Source: an uncultured delta proteobacterium (GTDB lineage: Bacteria; Myxococcota_A; UBA9160; SMWR01). From it: a DNA stretch of 64,000 nt. Made by a program: the position numbers and the translations under genes. Positions 28,079 to 38,781 of this stretch are shown one piece after another. Each line of letters opens with the position of its first letter. Within the stretch, counting starts at the first letter, position 1. The notes under the pieces were generated by a model. That model was not told the origin of the DNA, searched no databases, and worked only from the letters and a program-made list of their open reading frames with translations. Location of the stretch: assembly GCA_963832165.1 (NCBI GenBank), contig CAWHTE010000004.1, forward strand, positions 288,001-352,000. Reading direction: 5' to 3'.

Positions 28079-29629
28079 ATGATCACTGAATACCCGGGGC
28101 GCCGCCGAGCACCCCTGTGCGCGGCCGGGCCGATCGCGGGGATGGCCGCCGCGCTGTGCCTGTTCGCAACGACTGCGTTCGCCGTCGAGACCGAGGCGCG
28201 CGCGACGCGCGAGCTGATCCCGAGCGGCGCGTTCGGCACGATCGATCTCGAGGCCGCGACCTCGGCCGAGGACGCCGTGCGATCGCTCGCGCTCGAGAAG
28301 GGCAAGTCGGTGATCGTGCGCACGGGCTACGGCGTGACGCGCGTCGCCATGGGCGATCCGCGCATCGCCGACGTCGTGGTGCTGCGCACGCAGGAGATCC
28401 AGATCGTCGCGAAGGAAGTCGGATCGACGAACATCGTGCTCTGGGGCGGCGGCGAGATCCAGGCCGCGATCGACCTCCACGTCGGCGGCGCCTACTCGGC
28501 GATCGAGAGCGAGATCCGGCGCGTGATCGAGGTCGGCGACGTGCACGTCGGTGCGGCGGGCAAGTCGGTGATGCTGACGGGCTCGGTTCCCGATGCGGCC
28601 GCGCTCGAGCGCGTGATGGCCGTGGCGAGTGCGCACTTCGCCGCAGAGAAGGATGATGGCGGGATCGTGAACCTGCTCGAGGTGGGCGGCAACCAGCAGG
28701 TGATGCTCGAGGTGACGGTTTCCGAGATCAACCGCACCAAGAACCGCGGCATCGCGACCAACTTCTTTGGCGAAGTCGTCAGCAACGGGAAGAACTTCCG
28801 GTTCATGAACCGCGTCGACGGTCTGACCAGGCCGATCTTCAACGAGTCGACCGGCGAGATCACGGCCTTCGAGTTCGCGGACAAGATCAACTTCCTCGGC
28901 TCCGCGTTCCCGATCGGTACCGGCGCCTACGAGCTGTTCGTGCACGCGCTCGAAGAGAACGGCGTGGGCAAGATCCTGGCCGAGCCGACACTCGTCGCGC
29001 GCACGGGTGAGACCGCGCGCTTCCTGTCGGGCGGCGAGGTGCCGATCCCGGTCGCGCAGAGCCTCGACCGGATCACCGTGGACTACAAGGAGTTCGGCGT
29101 GGGGGTCGCGTTCACCCCGACCGTGCTCAGCGACAACCGCATCCACATCGACGTGAGCACCGAGGTGAGCCAGATCGACTTCGGCCTCGGCACCGCGGTG
29201 TCGGGTACGACGGCGCCGGGCTTTCGCACGCGGCGCGCGTCGACGGGCGTCGAGGTAGGCGAGGGCCAGACTTTCGCGATCGCGGGCCTGCTGCGCGACG
29301 AGCTGACCGAGAACGTCGCGATGTACCCGTTCCTCGGGCAGATCCCGATCATCGGGGTGCTGTTCCGCAGCTCGACCTACGAGAAGACCTCGACCGAGCT
29401 GGTGCTGCTCGTGCGGCCGCGGCTCGTGAAGCCGCTCGACGCGCGCGCGCTGCCGCCGGTGCCGACCGATTACTTCGACGAGCCGAACTGGTTCGAGTTC
29501 TACCTGCTCGGCCGCGCCGAGGGTTTCAACAATCTCGTCGCGACCGCCGAGCCGCAGGCCGGCTTCGTCGGCGACGCGGGCTACCGTCTCCCGGCCAGCC
29601 CCGAGGAAGATCAGGAGGAGGGGGAATGA
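28079..29629 (+). CDS. cpaC: Tad secretin CpaC/RcpA
   Basis: QQVMLEVTVSEI, ILAEPTL, ARFLSGGEVPIP, YKEFGV, GQTFAIAGLL, PFLGQIPIIGVLFRS; start uncertain (28064/28079). Confidence 0.93.
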   Translation: MITEYPGRRRAPLCAAGPIAGMAAALCLFATTAFAVETEARATRELIPSGAFGTIDLEAATSAEDAVRSLALEKGKSVIVRTGYGVTRVAMGDPRIADVVVLRTQEIQIVAKEVGSTNIVLWGGGEIQAAIDLHVGGAYSAIESEIRRVIEVGDVHVGAAGKSVMLTGSVPDAAALERVMAVASAHFAAEKDDGGIVNLLEVGGNQQVMLEVTVSEINRTKNRGIATNFFGEVVSNGKNFRFMNRVDGLTRPIFNESTGEITAFEFADKINFLGSAFPIGTGAYELFVHALEENGVGKILAEPTLVARTGETARFLSGGEVPIPVAQSLDRITVDYKEFGVGVAFTPTVLSDNRIHIDVSTEVSQIDFGLGTAVSGTTAPGFRTRRASTGVEVGEGQTFAIAGLLRDELTENVAMYPFLGQIPIIGVLFRSSTYEKTSTELVLLVRPRLVKPLDARALPPVPTDYFDEPNWFEFYLLGRAEGFNNLVATAEPQAGFVGDAGYRLPASPEEDQEEGE

Positions 29630-29916
29630 CGGGCTGGACCTCGATTCTTCGCGGCGCGGCAGCGGCGTGTCTCGCGCTGACCGTCGGTACACCGCTGATC
29701 GGTTGTCAGACGCCGCTCGAGCGCGCCTGGGGCCGCTCGCAGAGTGCTCACACGGCGCAGATGACGGCGAATCCGAAGGCGGGGCTCGACGACAACGAGG
29801 CGCGGCGCCCCGACGGCACGAGCACCGATGCGGCGCTCGTGCGGTGGCGCACCAAGGAGACCAAGCCGGAGACGCCGGCGCCGCCGCCGGTGATCAACAT
29901 CAACTCCGGAGGCTAG
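29626..29916 (+). CDS. Small lipoprotein coupled to the secretin (possible pilotin)
   Basis: Signal peptide with LIGC lipobox; ATG overlaps secretin stop. Confidence 0.65.
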   Translation: MTGWTSILRGAAAACLALTVGTPLIGCQTPLERAWGRSQSAHTAQMTANPKAGLDDNEARRPDGTSTDAALVRWRTKETKPETPAPPPVININSGG

Positions 29917-29918
29917 GC

Positions 29919-31184
29919 GTGGTCGAGCGGCCGACGACAGAGCGACGCGCGGAGCGCGGGTCGGTGATGGTGATCGCCGCACTCGCGATCGTGGCGCTCG
30001 TGTTGTTCATGGCGCTCGCGGTCGACGTCGGCTTCATCTGGGCGAGCCGCACGCAGAGCCAGAACGCGGGCGACGCCGCGGCGCTCGCAGCCGCCGCGAA
30101 GATGATCGCGCAGACGGGCACCGACAAGGCCACGGTCACGCTCAACGATGCGATCACGGAAGGGACCGACTACGCGGCCGACAACGCCACCGTGGCCAAC
30201 GAGTCGGTCACCGTGGTGCCCGGGGACTTCACGTTCGGGAACTGGGATCTGAACACCCGCACGCTCGATACGTCGGTCGACCTGTCCAACCCGGACCAGG
30301 TCACCGCGGTGCGCGTGAACGTGGAGATGGACGGCGCGAAGAACGAGCGCTCGCCTGGGATGCTGTCGCGCATCCTCGAGCGCGGTAACGGCTCGCGGCC
30401 CTACGCCGCCGGCTTCGACATCGCGAACACGTCGGTCGCCTACAAGGGCTTCCAGGGGCACTTCGGAGGGGGAGATTTCGACCTGCCGATCGCGGTCGAC
30501 AGCTGCGAGCTGTCCTCGGACAACGGCTGCGGCAGCGACTTCTGCACGAAGATCGAGAGCAAGACCAAGTGCACGCTCACCAAGCCTCAATCCTCCGACA
30601 ACGGACTGATCTGCGGAGAGTTCGCCAACACCGGCGATCAGAACCTGTGCTTCACGGCGTTCGACGGCGAGAGTGCGTCGATCAGCAACAAGACCCTCCA
30701 GGACTACATCGACTCCGGGAACCCCGGGGACGTCGACGTGGGCGACGACGTCTACCTCGACAACGGCAGCCGTGCGAGCGTGGTCCAGTACCTGCGCGAC
30801 AACTTCTACGGCTGCGGCAAGATCAAGACGGCCCAGGGCAGCAAGCGCTACGGAAGCAGCTACGCCGCCGACTCGTGGGTGGTGTTGCTGCCCGTCGTCG
30901 AGTGCCAGGACAGCGCGCACTGCGCGGGCGGCACGCCGTTCGGGCTCACGGGCGGTGTGTGCTTCGAGATCCGCGAGGTGAGTGCGCCCGGAACCGGGAA
31001 GAGCTGCAATGCTCCCGATTCCAGCACCGGCACGTTCGTCAAGGGCCGCGCGCTGTGCCCGAACTCCTCGGACGCGAACGTCCGCGCTCTCTTCGATCAG
31101 TACTGCCGCAAGGATGATGGCCCCACGGATCCGGGCGGATGTAACTTCGGTCTGCGCGCCGATCGGGTCGTCCTCGTCGAATAG
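29919..31184 (+). CDS. TadG-like pilin-domain protein with Cys-rich C-terminal domain
   Basis: ERG|SVMVI hydrophobic helix, LAVDVG, QNAGDAAALAAA (Tad N-terminal motif); 14 Cys in C-terminal half. Confidence 0.8.
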   Translation: MVERPTTERRAERGSVMVIAALAIVALVLFMALAVDVGFIWASRTQSQNAGDAAALAAAAKMIAQTGTDKATVTLNDAITEGTDYAADNATVANESVTVVPGDFTFGNWDLNTRTLDTSVDLSNPDQVTAVRVNVEMDGAKNERSPGMLSRILERGNGSRPYAAGFDIANTSVAYKGFQGHFGGGDFDLPIAVDSCELSSDNGCGSDFCTKIESKTKCTLTKPQSSDNGLICGEFANTGDQNLCFTAFDGESASISNKTLQDYIDSGNPGDVDVGDDVYLDNGSRASVVQYLRDNFYGCGKIKTAQGSKRYGSSYAADSWVVLLPVVECQDSAHCAGGTPFGLTGGVCFEIREVSAPGTGKSCNAPDSSTGTFVKGRALCPNSSDANVRALFDQYCRKDDGPTDPGGCNFGLRADRVVLVE

Positions 31185-31209
31185 CTGCTCAGCCATTGAG
31201 AGAAATTCC

Positions 31210-32427
31210 ATGCCGAATCCGTCGTGCATCTTCCTCGCCGCCACCAACGGCACCCTGCGCCGGCACGCGCTCCGCCTCGAGGCGGAGGGCACGATCGTGC
31301 TCGATCACGTGACCATCGACCCGTCGGAGCTCCTGGCGGCGGTGGGCGCGCAGTGCCCCGATCTCGTGGTCGCGGACCTCGGCGAAGATGCCGAGTCCGT
31401 CCTCGACATGCTCGACAAGCTGCCGACGCCGCGTCCGCGCCTGATCGTGATCGGGCCCAAGGAACACAGCGCCACGATCCTGCGCGCAATGCGCATGGGC
31501 GTGCGCGACTACTTCGATGCCGAGCCGTCCGAGGACGATCTGCGCAGCGCGATCCTGCGCGCGGCCGCGGAGCTGGCGCCGCGCGCGGCAGGAGGGGCCG
31601 AGAAGGCCCGCAGCCATCCTGCGCGCGTGGTGGCGGTGATGGGCGCGAAGGGCGGCGTCGGCGCGACCGTGGTCGCCTGCCAGCTCGCCGCGAGCCTGCG
31701 CGCGGGCGGCGCACGCACCGCCGTGGTCGACTTGAACCTGCCGCTCGGTGACGCGGCGCTCTACTTCGACATCCAGCCCAACTACACGCTCGCGAACATC
31801 GCGCGCGAGAGCGACCGCCTCGATGCGACCTACCTGCGCACGCTGCTCGCGGGCCGCCCGGACGGCGTGCAGATCCTGGCCTCGCCCGCGAACGCCGAGG
31901 ATGCGGAGCTCGTGCGCGGCGTGCACGTGGAGCGCGCGCTCACCGTGATGCGCGACGACTTCGACTGGGTGGTGCTCGACCTGTCGCGCACCTGGAGCGA
32001 GCCGACCGTGCGCGCGCTCGACCTCGCCGACCTGATCCTGCTCGTGACGCTGATGGACGTGCCCACGCTCCACCACACGCGTAAGCACCTCGACCTTCTC
32101 GAGCGGCTCGGGCACACGGGAGCCCGGATCCGGCTGATCGCGAACCGGGCGTCGTCGGTCGACGCGGTCACGGACAAGGACGTCGCCGACTTCCTGTCGC
32201 GCAAGCCCGACTTCCGGATTCCCAACGACTTCCCCACCACGCTCGCCGCGGTCAATCGCGGCGTTTCGGTGGCCGAGATCTCGGCGCGCAGCTCGCTCGC
32301 GCGCGCCTACACCGACCTAACGCATACACTGCACGGCTGGTTCGGAGCCGGCCAGGCGGCTGCGCAGGCCGATTCCGCTCCCGCCGGCGCGCTTGCGCGC
32401 GTGCGCGGCATGTTCAGGAGGTCGTAA
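31210..32427 (+). CDS. cpaE: CpaE/TadZ (receiver-like domain + MinD-like ATPase)
   Basis: [33 protein letters not shown]. Confidence 0.88.
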   Translation: MPNPSCIFLAATNGTLRRHALRLEAEGTIVLDHVTIDPSELLAAVGAQCPDLVVADLGEDAESVLDMLDKLPTPRPRLIVIGPKEHSATILRAMRMGVRDYFDAEPSEDDLRSAILRAAAELAPRAAGGAEKARSHPARVVAVMGAKGGVGATVVACQLAASLRAGGARTAVVDLNLPLGDAALYFDIQPNYTLANIARESDRLDATYLRTLLAGRPDGVQILASPANAEDAELVRGVHVERALTVMRDDFDWVVLDLSRTWSEPTVRALDLADLILLVTLMDVPTLHHTRKHLDLLERLGHTGARIRLIANRASSVDAVTDKDVADFLSRKPDFRIPNDFPTTLAAVNRGVSVAEISARSSLARAYTDLTHTLHGWFGAGQAAAQADSAPAGALARVRGMFRRS

Positions 32428-33794
32428 TGGCGTTGCTGGATCGCTTGCGCCGAGAGCCCGAGCAGATGAAGGCGCTCGACAAGGTCGCGAAGCGCGCGCA
32501 GTCCGAGGCCGACCACGGACCGGAGACGGCGTATCAGGAGCTCAAGTCGGGCGTGCACAACCGCCTGTTCGAGCTGATCGACCTCTCCAAGCTCTCCAAG
32601 GTCTCCGAGGAGCGCGTTCGCCAGGACATCGCGCTGGCCACGCGCCGGATCCTCGACGAGCTGCGCGTTCTGCTCACGCTCGAGGAGCGCGAGCGCGTCG
32701 TCACGGAGATCCAGGACGAGGTGTTCGGCCTCGGCCCCCTCGAGCCGCTGCTCGCCGACCCGACCGTCTCCGACGTGCTCGTGAACGGGCACAACAAGAT
32801 CTACGTGGAGCGCCACGGCCGCCTCGAGCGCACGGTCGCGCGCTTCAAGGACGATTCGCACCTGATGCGCATCATCGAGAAGATCGTGTCGAGCGTCGGA
32901 CGGCGCGTCGACGAGCTGAATCCGATGGTCGACGCTCGGCTCCAGGACGGCTCGCGCGTGAACGCGATCATTCCGCCGCTCGCGCTCGACGGTCCGCTGC
33001 TCTCGATCCGGCGATTCCCGGCCGACCCGCTGCTCGCCGACGACCTGATCGAGAAGGGCTCGCTCACGGCGCCAATCGTGGAGATCCTGCGCGGCGTCGT
33101 GGGCTCGCGCCTCAACGTGCTGATCTCGGGCGGTACGGGCTCGGGCAAGACGACGCTCTTGAACGTGCTGTCGAGCTTCATCGGCTCGACCGAGCGCGTC
33201 GTCACGATCGAGGACTCGGCCGAGCTCCAGCTCAAGCAGGAGCACGTGGGGCGGCTCGAGACGCGGCCCGCGAGCATCGAGGGCAAGGGCGAGGTCACCC
33301 AGCGCCAGCTCGTGATCAACGCCCTGCGCATGCGCCCCGACCGCATCGTGGTGGGTGAGGTCCGCGGACCCGAAGCGTTCGACATGCTCCAGGCCATGAA
33401 CACGGGCCACGACGGCTCGCTGACCACCGTGCACGCGAACTCCGCGCGTGACGCGCTGTCGCGCATCGAGAACATGGTGGCGATGTCGGGCCTCGACATC
33501 CCGCAGCGCGCGGTGCGCAGCCAGATCGCCTCGGCGATCCACGTGGTCGTGCAGCTCTCGCGTCTGGCCGACGGCCGCCGCCGCCTGATGAGCCTCCAGG
33601 AGATCACCGGCATGGAAGGTGACATCGTGAGCATGCAGGAGATCTTCACGCTCGAGCGCAAAGGCCTCGACAGCGATGGCAAGCTCAAGGTCGAGCTCGT
33701 GGCGACCGGCATCCGGCCGCGCTTCGCCGAGCACCTGCGCGCGAACGGCGTGGAGCTGTCTCCGGGCATCTTCGAGCCGCGTTCGTCGTATTAG
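32427..33794 (+). CDS. cpaF: Tad ATPase CpaF/TadA
   Basis: [51 protein letters not shown]. Confidence 0.96.
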   Translation: MALLDRLRREPEQMKALDKVAKRAQSEADHGPETAYQELKSGVHNRLFELIDLSKLSKVSEERVRQDIALATRRILDELRVLLTLEERERVVTEIQDEVFGLGPLEPLLADPTVSDVLVNGHNKIYVERHGRLERTVARFKDDSHLMRIIEKIVSSVGRRVDELNPMVDARLQDGSRVNAIIPPLALDGPLLSIRRFPADPLLADDLIEKGSLTAPIVEILRGVVGSRLNVLISGGTGSGKTTLLNVLSSFIGSTERVVTIEDSAELQLKQEHVGRLETRPASIEGKGEVTQRQLVINALRMRPDRIVVGEVRGPEAFDMLQAMNTGHDGSLTTVHANSARDALSRIENMVAMSGLDIPQRAVRSQIASAIHVVVQLSRLADGRRRLMSLQEITGMEGDIVSMQEIFTLERKGLDSDGKLKVELVATGIRPRFAEHLRANGVELSPGIFEPRSSY

Positions 33795-33808
33795 TCCAGG
33801 GGATCGCG

Positions 33809-34789
33809 ATGCCTCCGATGCTCTACGTGCTGATCTTCCTCGCCGCATTCCTGGCCGTGGAAGGCGTGGCGATGATCATGAGCGAGCGGCGCTCGGGTAC
33901 GCGCGCCACCGCGCGCAAGCGCCTGCGCCAGATCGCGCTGGGCCTCCAGGATCCGGACGTCCAGAGCGAGGACTCGATTCTGCGCGCGCGGCGCGAGGTG
34001 AAGAAGCGGCTGCTCGACCTCGCCCACTACCTGCCGGGCGGCGTCGAGCTCGAGCGGCGCCTGTACCAGGCCGGCCTCACGATCACGCCGGGCCGCTTCA
34101 CGATGCTGTGCATCGCGATCGGCGTGGGCGCATGGATGGTGGCTGCGGTCGTGTTCTACAACCCGGCCACGGCGTTTCCGTTCCTGCTCGCGGGATTCCT
34201 CCCGTTCATCCAGATCGCGCGGCTGCGCTCGCAGCGCATGTACAAGTTCGAGGAGCAGTTCCCGGAGGCGCTCGACCTGATCACGCGCGCGATGCGCGCG
34301 GGCCACTCGCTGACCTTCGGCTTCCAGATGGTGGGCGACGAGATGCCCGACCCGATCGGCTCCGAGTTCGGCCAGGTGGCCGAGGAGATCAAGCTCGGCC
34401 GCGAGCTCAGGGTCGCACTCGCGAACCTCGCCTACCGCGTCGAGGCGGGCGATCTGCCGTTCTTCGTCACCGCGATCACGATCCAGCGCGAGACGGGCGG
34501 CAATCTCGCCGAGGTGCTGGAGAAGCTCGGCACGCTGATCCGCGAGCGCTTCGCGCTCTACGGCAAGGTGCGCGCGCTCACGGCGATCGGGAAGGCGTCC
34601 GCGAACCTGCTCGCGTCGATGCCCTTCCTGCTGGTCTTCCTGCTCTACACCTGTGGCGGTGAGGGCGGGCGCTCGTACGTGGAGCCGCTATACACCACGA
34701 GCGCGGGGTTGATGCTGTCAGCAGTGGCGGTGGGGCTGGTCGTGATCGGCTACATCATGTGCCGCCGCATGGCGCAGATCGAGGTCTAG
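33809..34789 (+). CDS. tadB: TadB inner-membrane platform protein
   Basis: FEEQFPEALD, RAGHSL, IQRETGGNLAEVL. Confidence 0.92.
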   Translation: MPPMLYVLIFLAAFLAVEGVAMIMSERRSGTRATARKRLRQIALGLQDPDVQSEDSILRARREVKKRLLDLAHYLPGGVELERRLYQAGLTITPGRFTMLCIAIGVGAWMVAAVVFYNPATAFPFLLAGFLPFIQIARLRSQRMYKFEEQFPEALDLITRAMRAGHSLTFGFQMVGDEMPDPIGSEFGQVAEEIKLGRELRVALANLAYRVEAGDLPFFVTAITIQRETGGNLAEVLEKLGTLIRERFALYGKVRALTAIGKASANLLASMPFLLVFLLYTCGGEGGRSYVEPLYTTSAGLMLSAVAVGLVVIGYIMCRRMAQIEV

Positions 34790-34798
34790 GGGGAAGCG

Positions 34799-35728
34799 AT
34801 GGAGCTCGTGCTCGCGCTGATCTTCGCGTCAGTCGTGTCCGTGGGATACGCGTTGATGAATCTCGGGCAGCGCCCCGAGCAGGCGCGGCTCGCGAAGCTC
34901 GCGGGCGCCGGCGTCGCCAAGCAGTCCAACGCCGAATCGCAGGGCGTGCTCGCGCGTCAGGACCTCTCCTGGTTCGACCGGCTCATGCAGCCGTTCGCGG
35001 GCAACCGCGAGAGGGCGACCGGGGAGGCCCTCGCTCCGGTCCGGCGCCGGCTCACGTATGCGGGCTACCGGCGCGAGACGTCGGTGATGACCTACATGGG
35101 CAGCCGCGTCGTGTTCGCGGTGCTTCTGCCGATCGCGGTTCTGATCACGCCCGCGGCGTGGGAGCTCGAGCAGCTCCAGCTCGTCACGGGGCTGTGCGCC
35201 GCGGCCGGGATCGGCCTGATCGGCCCGAGCTACTGGCTCGACCAGAAGGTCAAGGCGCGACAGAAGTCGCTCCGGCTCGCGCTTCCCGACGCGCTCGACC
35301 TGATGGTGGTGTGCGTGGAGGCGGGCCTCGGCATCAACGCGAGCCTCAAGCGCGTGGCGGAGGACTTCCGCAACACGCATCCGATCCTCTCCTCCGAGTT
35401 CGAGCTGGCGAACTTCGAGACGCGCGCGGGCAAGAGCACCACCGAGGCGCTGCGCGGACTCGCCGATCGCACGGGTGTCTCGGAAGTGAGCTCGCTCGTG
35501 GCGATGCTGATCCAGACCGAGCGCTTCGGTACGGGCCTCGCGGACACGCTGCGTGTGCACGCGGACGGCATGCGGCTGCGCCGGCTGCAGAGCGCCGAGG
35601 AGCAGGCCAACAAGGCACCGCTCAAGATGCTGTTCCCGACCGTGTTCATCTTCGTCGCCGTCATCATCATCGTCGTGGGCCCTGGCTTCCTGCAGATGTC
35701 GCAGTACTTCGGCAAGGCCAACGGATGA
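34799..35728 (+). CDS. tadC: TadC inner-membrane platform protein
   Basis: LPDALDLMVVCVEAGL, LIQTERFGT, AEEQANKAPLKMLFP. Confidence 0.93.
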   Translation: MELVLALIFASVVSVGYALMNLGQRPEQARLAKLAGAGVAKQSNAESQGVLARQDLSWFDRLMQPFAGNRERATGEALAPVRRRLTYAGYRRETSVMTYMGSRVVFAVLLPIAVLITPAAWELEQLQLVTGLCAAAGIGLIGPSYWLDQKVKARQKSLRLALPDALDLMVVCVEAGLGINASLKRVAEDFRNTHPILSSEFELANFETRAGKSTTEALRGLADRTGVSEVSSLVAMLIQTERFGTGLADTLRVHADGMRLRRLQSAEEQANKAPLKMLFPTVFIFVAVIIIVVGPGFLQMSQYFGKANG

Positions 35729-36846
35729 CGCTGAGCCCCGTGGCTCCCACAGGTCGGGGATTCGCAGCATGGTTCGGGCGCGCCGCGCAGGTCGCGCTCG
35801 TCGTGCTGCCGATGCTCGGCTGCCAGACGCTCGGCTTCGGCGAGAAGGATCCGATGCGCGCGGAGCTGCGCCGGCTCGAGAAGGAGCAGCGCGCGCGCGC
35901 GAGCAAGGAGCAGCTGATCGAGGAGTCGAGGGAGCAGGAGCGCAAGAAGAAGCCGGAGACGATGGAGCAGCGGCTCGCACGCGGTGACGCCGCGCTTGCC
36001 GAGGGAAAGGTGGCCTCTGCGCTCTGGGAATACGCAGCCGCTCACCAGATCAAACCGAAGGCCGCCGCACCACGCGAGCGGCTCGGCTACGTGCACCTGC
36101 GCCAGAACCCCGAGCGCGCTCAGCCGCTGTTCGAGAGCGCGCTCGAGCTCGAGCCGGACTCGGTCTCGGGCCACATCGGTCTCGGGCTCTCGATGCTCGC
36201 GGGCGGGAATCGCGACGAGGGCCTGAAACACCTCGAGCGCGCCGTCGAGATCGATCCGAAGTCGCCGAAGGCGCGCGCGGCGCTCGGCGTGTCGCTCGAT
36301 CAGCTCGGCCGGGGCGAGGAGGCACTCGTGCAGCTGGAGGCGGCGCGCGAGCTGCGTCCGCACGACGCACGGATCTTGAACAACCTCGCGGTCGCCAACC
36401 TGCGGGCGGGAAAGCCCGAGCGGGCCGAGGAGCTGCTGCGCGCAGCGCTGCGCGAAGATCAGCAGGACTTGGAGCTGCGCGAGAACAATCTCGGCATGGC
36501 GCTCGCGATGCAGGGCCGCTTCGACGCGGCGCTCGAGGCGTTCCGGCGCGTGGGCGACGAGCAGAGCGCGCGCTCGAACCTCGGCTACGCGCACTACGTG
36601 CGCGGCGAGTACGACCGCGCGATCGCGCAATACGAGAAGGCGCTGCTCGCCGGCGGTGACGCGAACGTGCAGGTGGTGCGCAACCTCGAAGCCGCGCGCA
36701 AAGCGCAGGAGATCGCGAAGCGCGCTCCCGCGCAGCCGCCCGTCGCGGGTGCGCCCCCGGTGCTGCCGGCGCCCCAGGTCGATCCGGGCGCGATCGCGGA
36801 CCAGGTCAGCCCGGCCGCACCGCCCGCGAGCGACGCGCCGAACTGA
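35725..36846 (+). CDS. TPR lipoprotein, TadD-like
   Basis: MLGC lipobox, multiple TPR repeats, last gene of tad operon. Confidence 0.82.
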   Translation: MTLSPVAPTGRGFAAWFGRAAQVALVVLPMLGCQTLGFGEKDPMRAELRRLEKEQRARASKEQLIEESREQERKKKPETMEQRLARGDAALAEGKVASALWEYAAAHQIKPKAAAPRERLGYVHLRQNPERAQPLFESALELEPDSVSGHIGLGLSMLAGGNRDEGLKHLERAVEIDPKSPKARAALGVSLDQLGRGEEALVQLEAARELRPHDARILNNLAVANLRAGKPERAEELLRAALREDQQDLELRENNLGMALAMQGRFDAALEAFRRVGDEQSARSNLGYAHYVRGEYDRAIAQYEKALLAGGDANVQVVRNLEAARKAQEIAKRAPAQPPVAGAPPVLPAPQVDPGAIADQVSPAAPPASDAPN

Positions 36847-36898
36847 CCGATTCCACGCGATTCGGATACGATCGACCGCCTCCGTGAGGGAGGCTCCG

Positions 36899-37753
36899 AT
36901 GTCGGTCGAGATTCCGCATCTGTCCGCGCGTGACTCCAGAGCCGACGTGGTGGCCGCGCTCGATGAGCAGGGCGCCGTGATCGTCGAAGATCTGCTCGAC
37001 GCCGCGCTGCTCGCGCGCTTCAACGCCGAGCTCGATCCGCTGCTCGACGCCGCGCAGCCCGATCGCCAGTTCCTGAACCCCGCGATCGACTGGTTCTTCG
37101 GCAAGCGCACGCGGCACGTCTCCGCGGTGGCCGCGCACTCGCGCACGTTCGCGACCGACGTGCTGTGCCACCCGCTGCTGCTCGGCGTCTGCGACGCGGT
37201 GCTCGGACCCGCGTGCGCGAGCTATCAGCTCAACATCGCGCACGTGCTCGACCGCGGCCCCGGCGCCGAGGCGCAGTTCCTGCACCGCGACGAGCTGGTC
37301 TGGGTGCACGTGCCGCGCCCGCACCCGGAGCTCCAGGTCGCGTCGGTGATCGCGCTCGAGGACTTCCGCGCCGAGAACGGCGCCACGCGCGTGGTGCCGG
37401 GCAGCCACCGCTGGCCGCTCGACCGCAAGCCCGAGGAGCGCGAGATCACGGAGGCCGTAATGCCCCCGGGCGCGGCCGTGATCTATCTCGGATCGACGAT
37501 CCACGGCGCGGGCGCCAACACCACGGTGGATCGGCGCCGCCGCGGCATGCACGTCTCCTACGTGGTGGGTTGGCTGCGCACCGAGGAGAACCAGTACCTC
37601 TCGGTGCCCGTCGAGGTCGTGCGCGAGCTGCCGCGCCGCGCGCAGGAGCTCCTGGGTTGGGCGGCGCACGACGCGCTCGCGTCCGGCGGCGGCTATCTCG
37701 GCACGGTCGATCTGCGCAGCCCCGTGGACCTGCTCGCGGAAGGATCCCTCTGA
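36899..37753 (+). CDS. Phytanoyl-CoA dioxygenase (PhyH) family Fe/2OG oxygenase
   Basis: QFLHRD (HxD), NGATRVVPGSH, HGAGAN, LRTEENQ. Confidence 0.92.
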   Translation: MSVEIPHLSARDSRADVVAALDEQGAVIVEDLLDAALLARFNAELDPLLDAAQPDRQFLNPAIDWFFGKRTRHVSAVAAHSRTFATDVLCHPLLLGVCDAVLGPACASYQLNIAHVLDRGPGAEAQFLHRDELVWVHVPRPHPELQVASVIALEDFRAENGATRVVPGSHRWPLDRKPEEREITEAVMPPGAAVIYLGSTIHGAGANTTVDRRRRGMHVSYVVGWLRTEENQYLSVPVEVVRELPRRAQELLGWAAHDALASGGGYLGTVDLRSPVDLLAEGSL

Positions 37754-37757
37754 GCCC

Positions 37758-38762
37758 GTGCGACGACTGCGCGACGTCGCCAATCCCAACGCACTGCGGC
37801 TCCAGCTCAACCGCTGGCTGCGGCCGCTCGACCTCGGGCTGTATCGGCCGTCGCTCGTCGAAGCGGAGCAGGGCATCCCGGAGCGCACGCCGCTGCCCGA
37901 GGGCGCCGCAGAGGTGCTGCGCGCGTCGAACCCGCACCTCGTCGAGCTCGCGCGGCGCTACCGCGGGCATCCGGCCGCGGCGCGCTCGGGCTGGTCCGAT
38001 CTGCGCCTGCAGGGACAGATCGACCTGTGTTATTTCCGCGGCGACAGCCAATATCTCTACCAGCGGCGCGGTACCCCCGAAGCGGCGTTCGCGCTCGCGG
38101 CCGACTACGTCGCGCGGCACGGTGTGCTCGGGCTCCTCGAGGCATTCTCCGAGGACGGCGCGTTCGGCGCGCTCACGTTCGAGGCCTTTGGCCGGCGCGT
38201 GAGCCGCGACCTGCTCGACTCCGCGCTCGAGATCGAGGCGCTCGCTGCCTGGCTCGGCGCCGACCGGCTGGCCGCGGCGCGCGTGCTCGACGTGGGCGCA
38301 GGCTACGGGCGGCTCGCGCATCGCCTGTGCACGTGGTCACCGCGCGCTCGCGTGGTCGCGACCGACGCCGTCCCGCTCTCGACCTTTCTGTGCGAGTACT
38401 ACCTGGGCTACCGCGGCTGTACGAACGCCAAGGTGATCCCGCTCGACGAGGCCGAGGCCGCGATCGGCCGCGGCGGCTTCGACCTCGCCGTGAACGTGCA
38501 CAGCTTCGCCGAGGCGCCGCGCGCCGCCGTCACGTGGTGGCTCGAGCGGATCGCGGCCGCGCGCGTTCCGCGCCTCTGGATCGTGCACAACGAACGCGAG
38601 CTGTTCGCGCTCGAAGCGGACCTCTCGCGCAAGAGCTACGACGACGTGCTCACGAAGCTCGGCTATCGGCGCGTCGATCTGCGCGCGAAGTACGCGCACT
38701 CCGACACCGTGCAGCGGCTCGGCGCGTTCCCGGCCTGGTATCACGCGTTCGAGCTCGCTTGA
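37758..38762 (+). CDS. SAM-dependent methyltransferase, putative sugar O-methyltransferase type
   Basis: VSRDLLDS, VLDVGAGYGRLAH, LAVNVHSFAE. Confidence 0.72.
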   Translation: MRRLRDVANPNALRLQLNRWLRPLDLGLYRPSLVEAEQGIPERTPLPEGAAEVLRASNPHLVELARRYRGHPAAARSGWSDLRLQGQIDLCYFRGDSQYLYQRRGTPEAAFALAADYVARHGVLGLLEAFSEDGAFGALTFEAFGRRVSRDLLDSALEIEALAAWLGADRLAAARVLDVGAGYGRLAHRLCTWSPRARVVATDAVPLSTFLCEYYLGYRGCTNAKVIPLDEAEAAIGRGGFDLAVNVHSFAEAPRAAVTWWLERIAAARVPRLWIVHNERELFALEADLSRKSYDDVLTKLGYRRVDLRAKYAHSDTVQRLGAFPAWYHAFELA

Positions 38763-38781
38763 GCGGCGATCGGCGTCTGGC

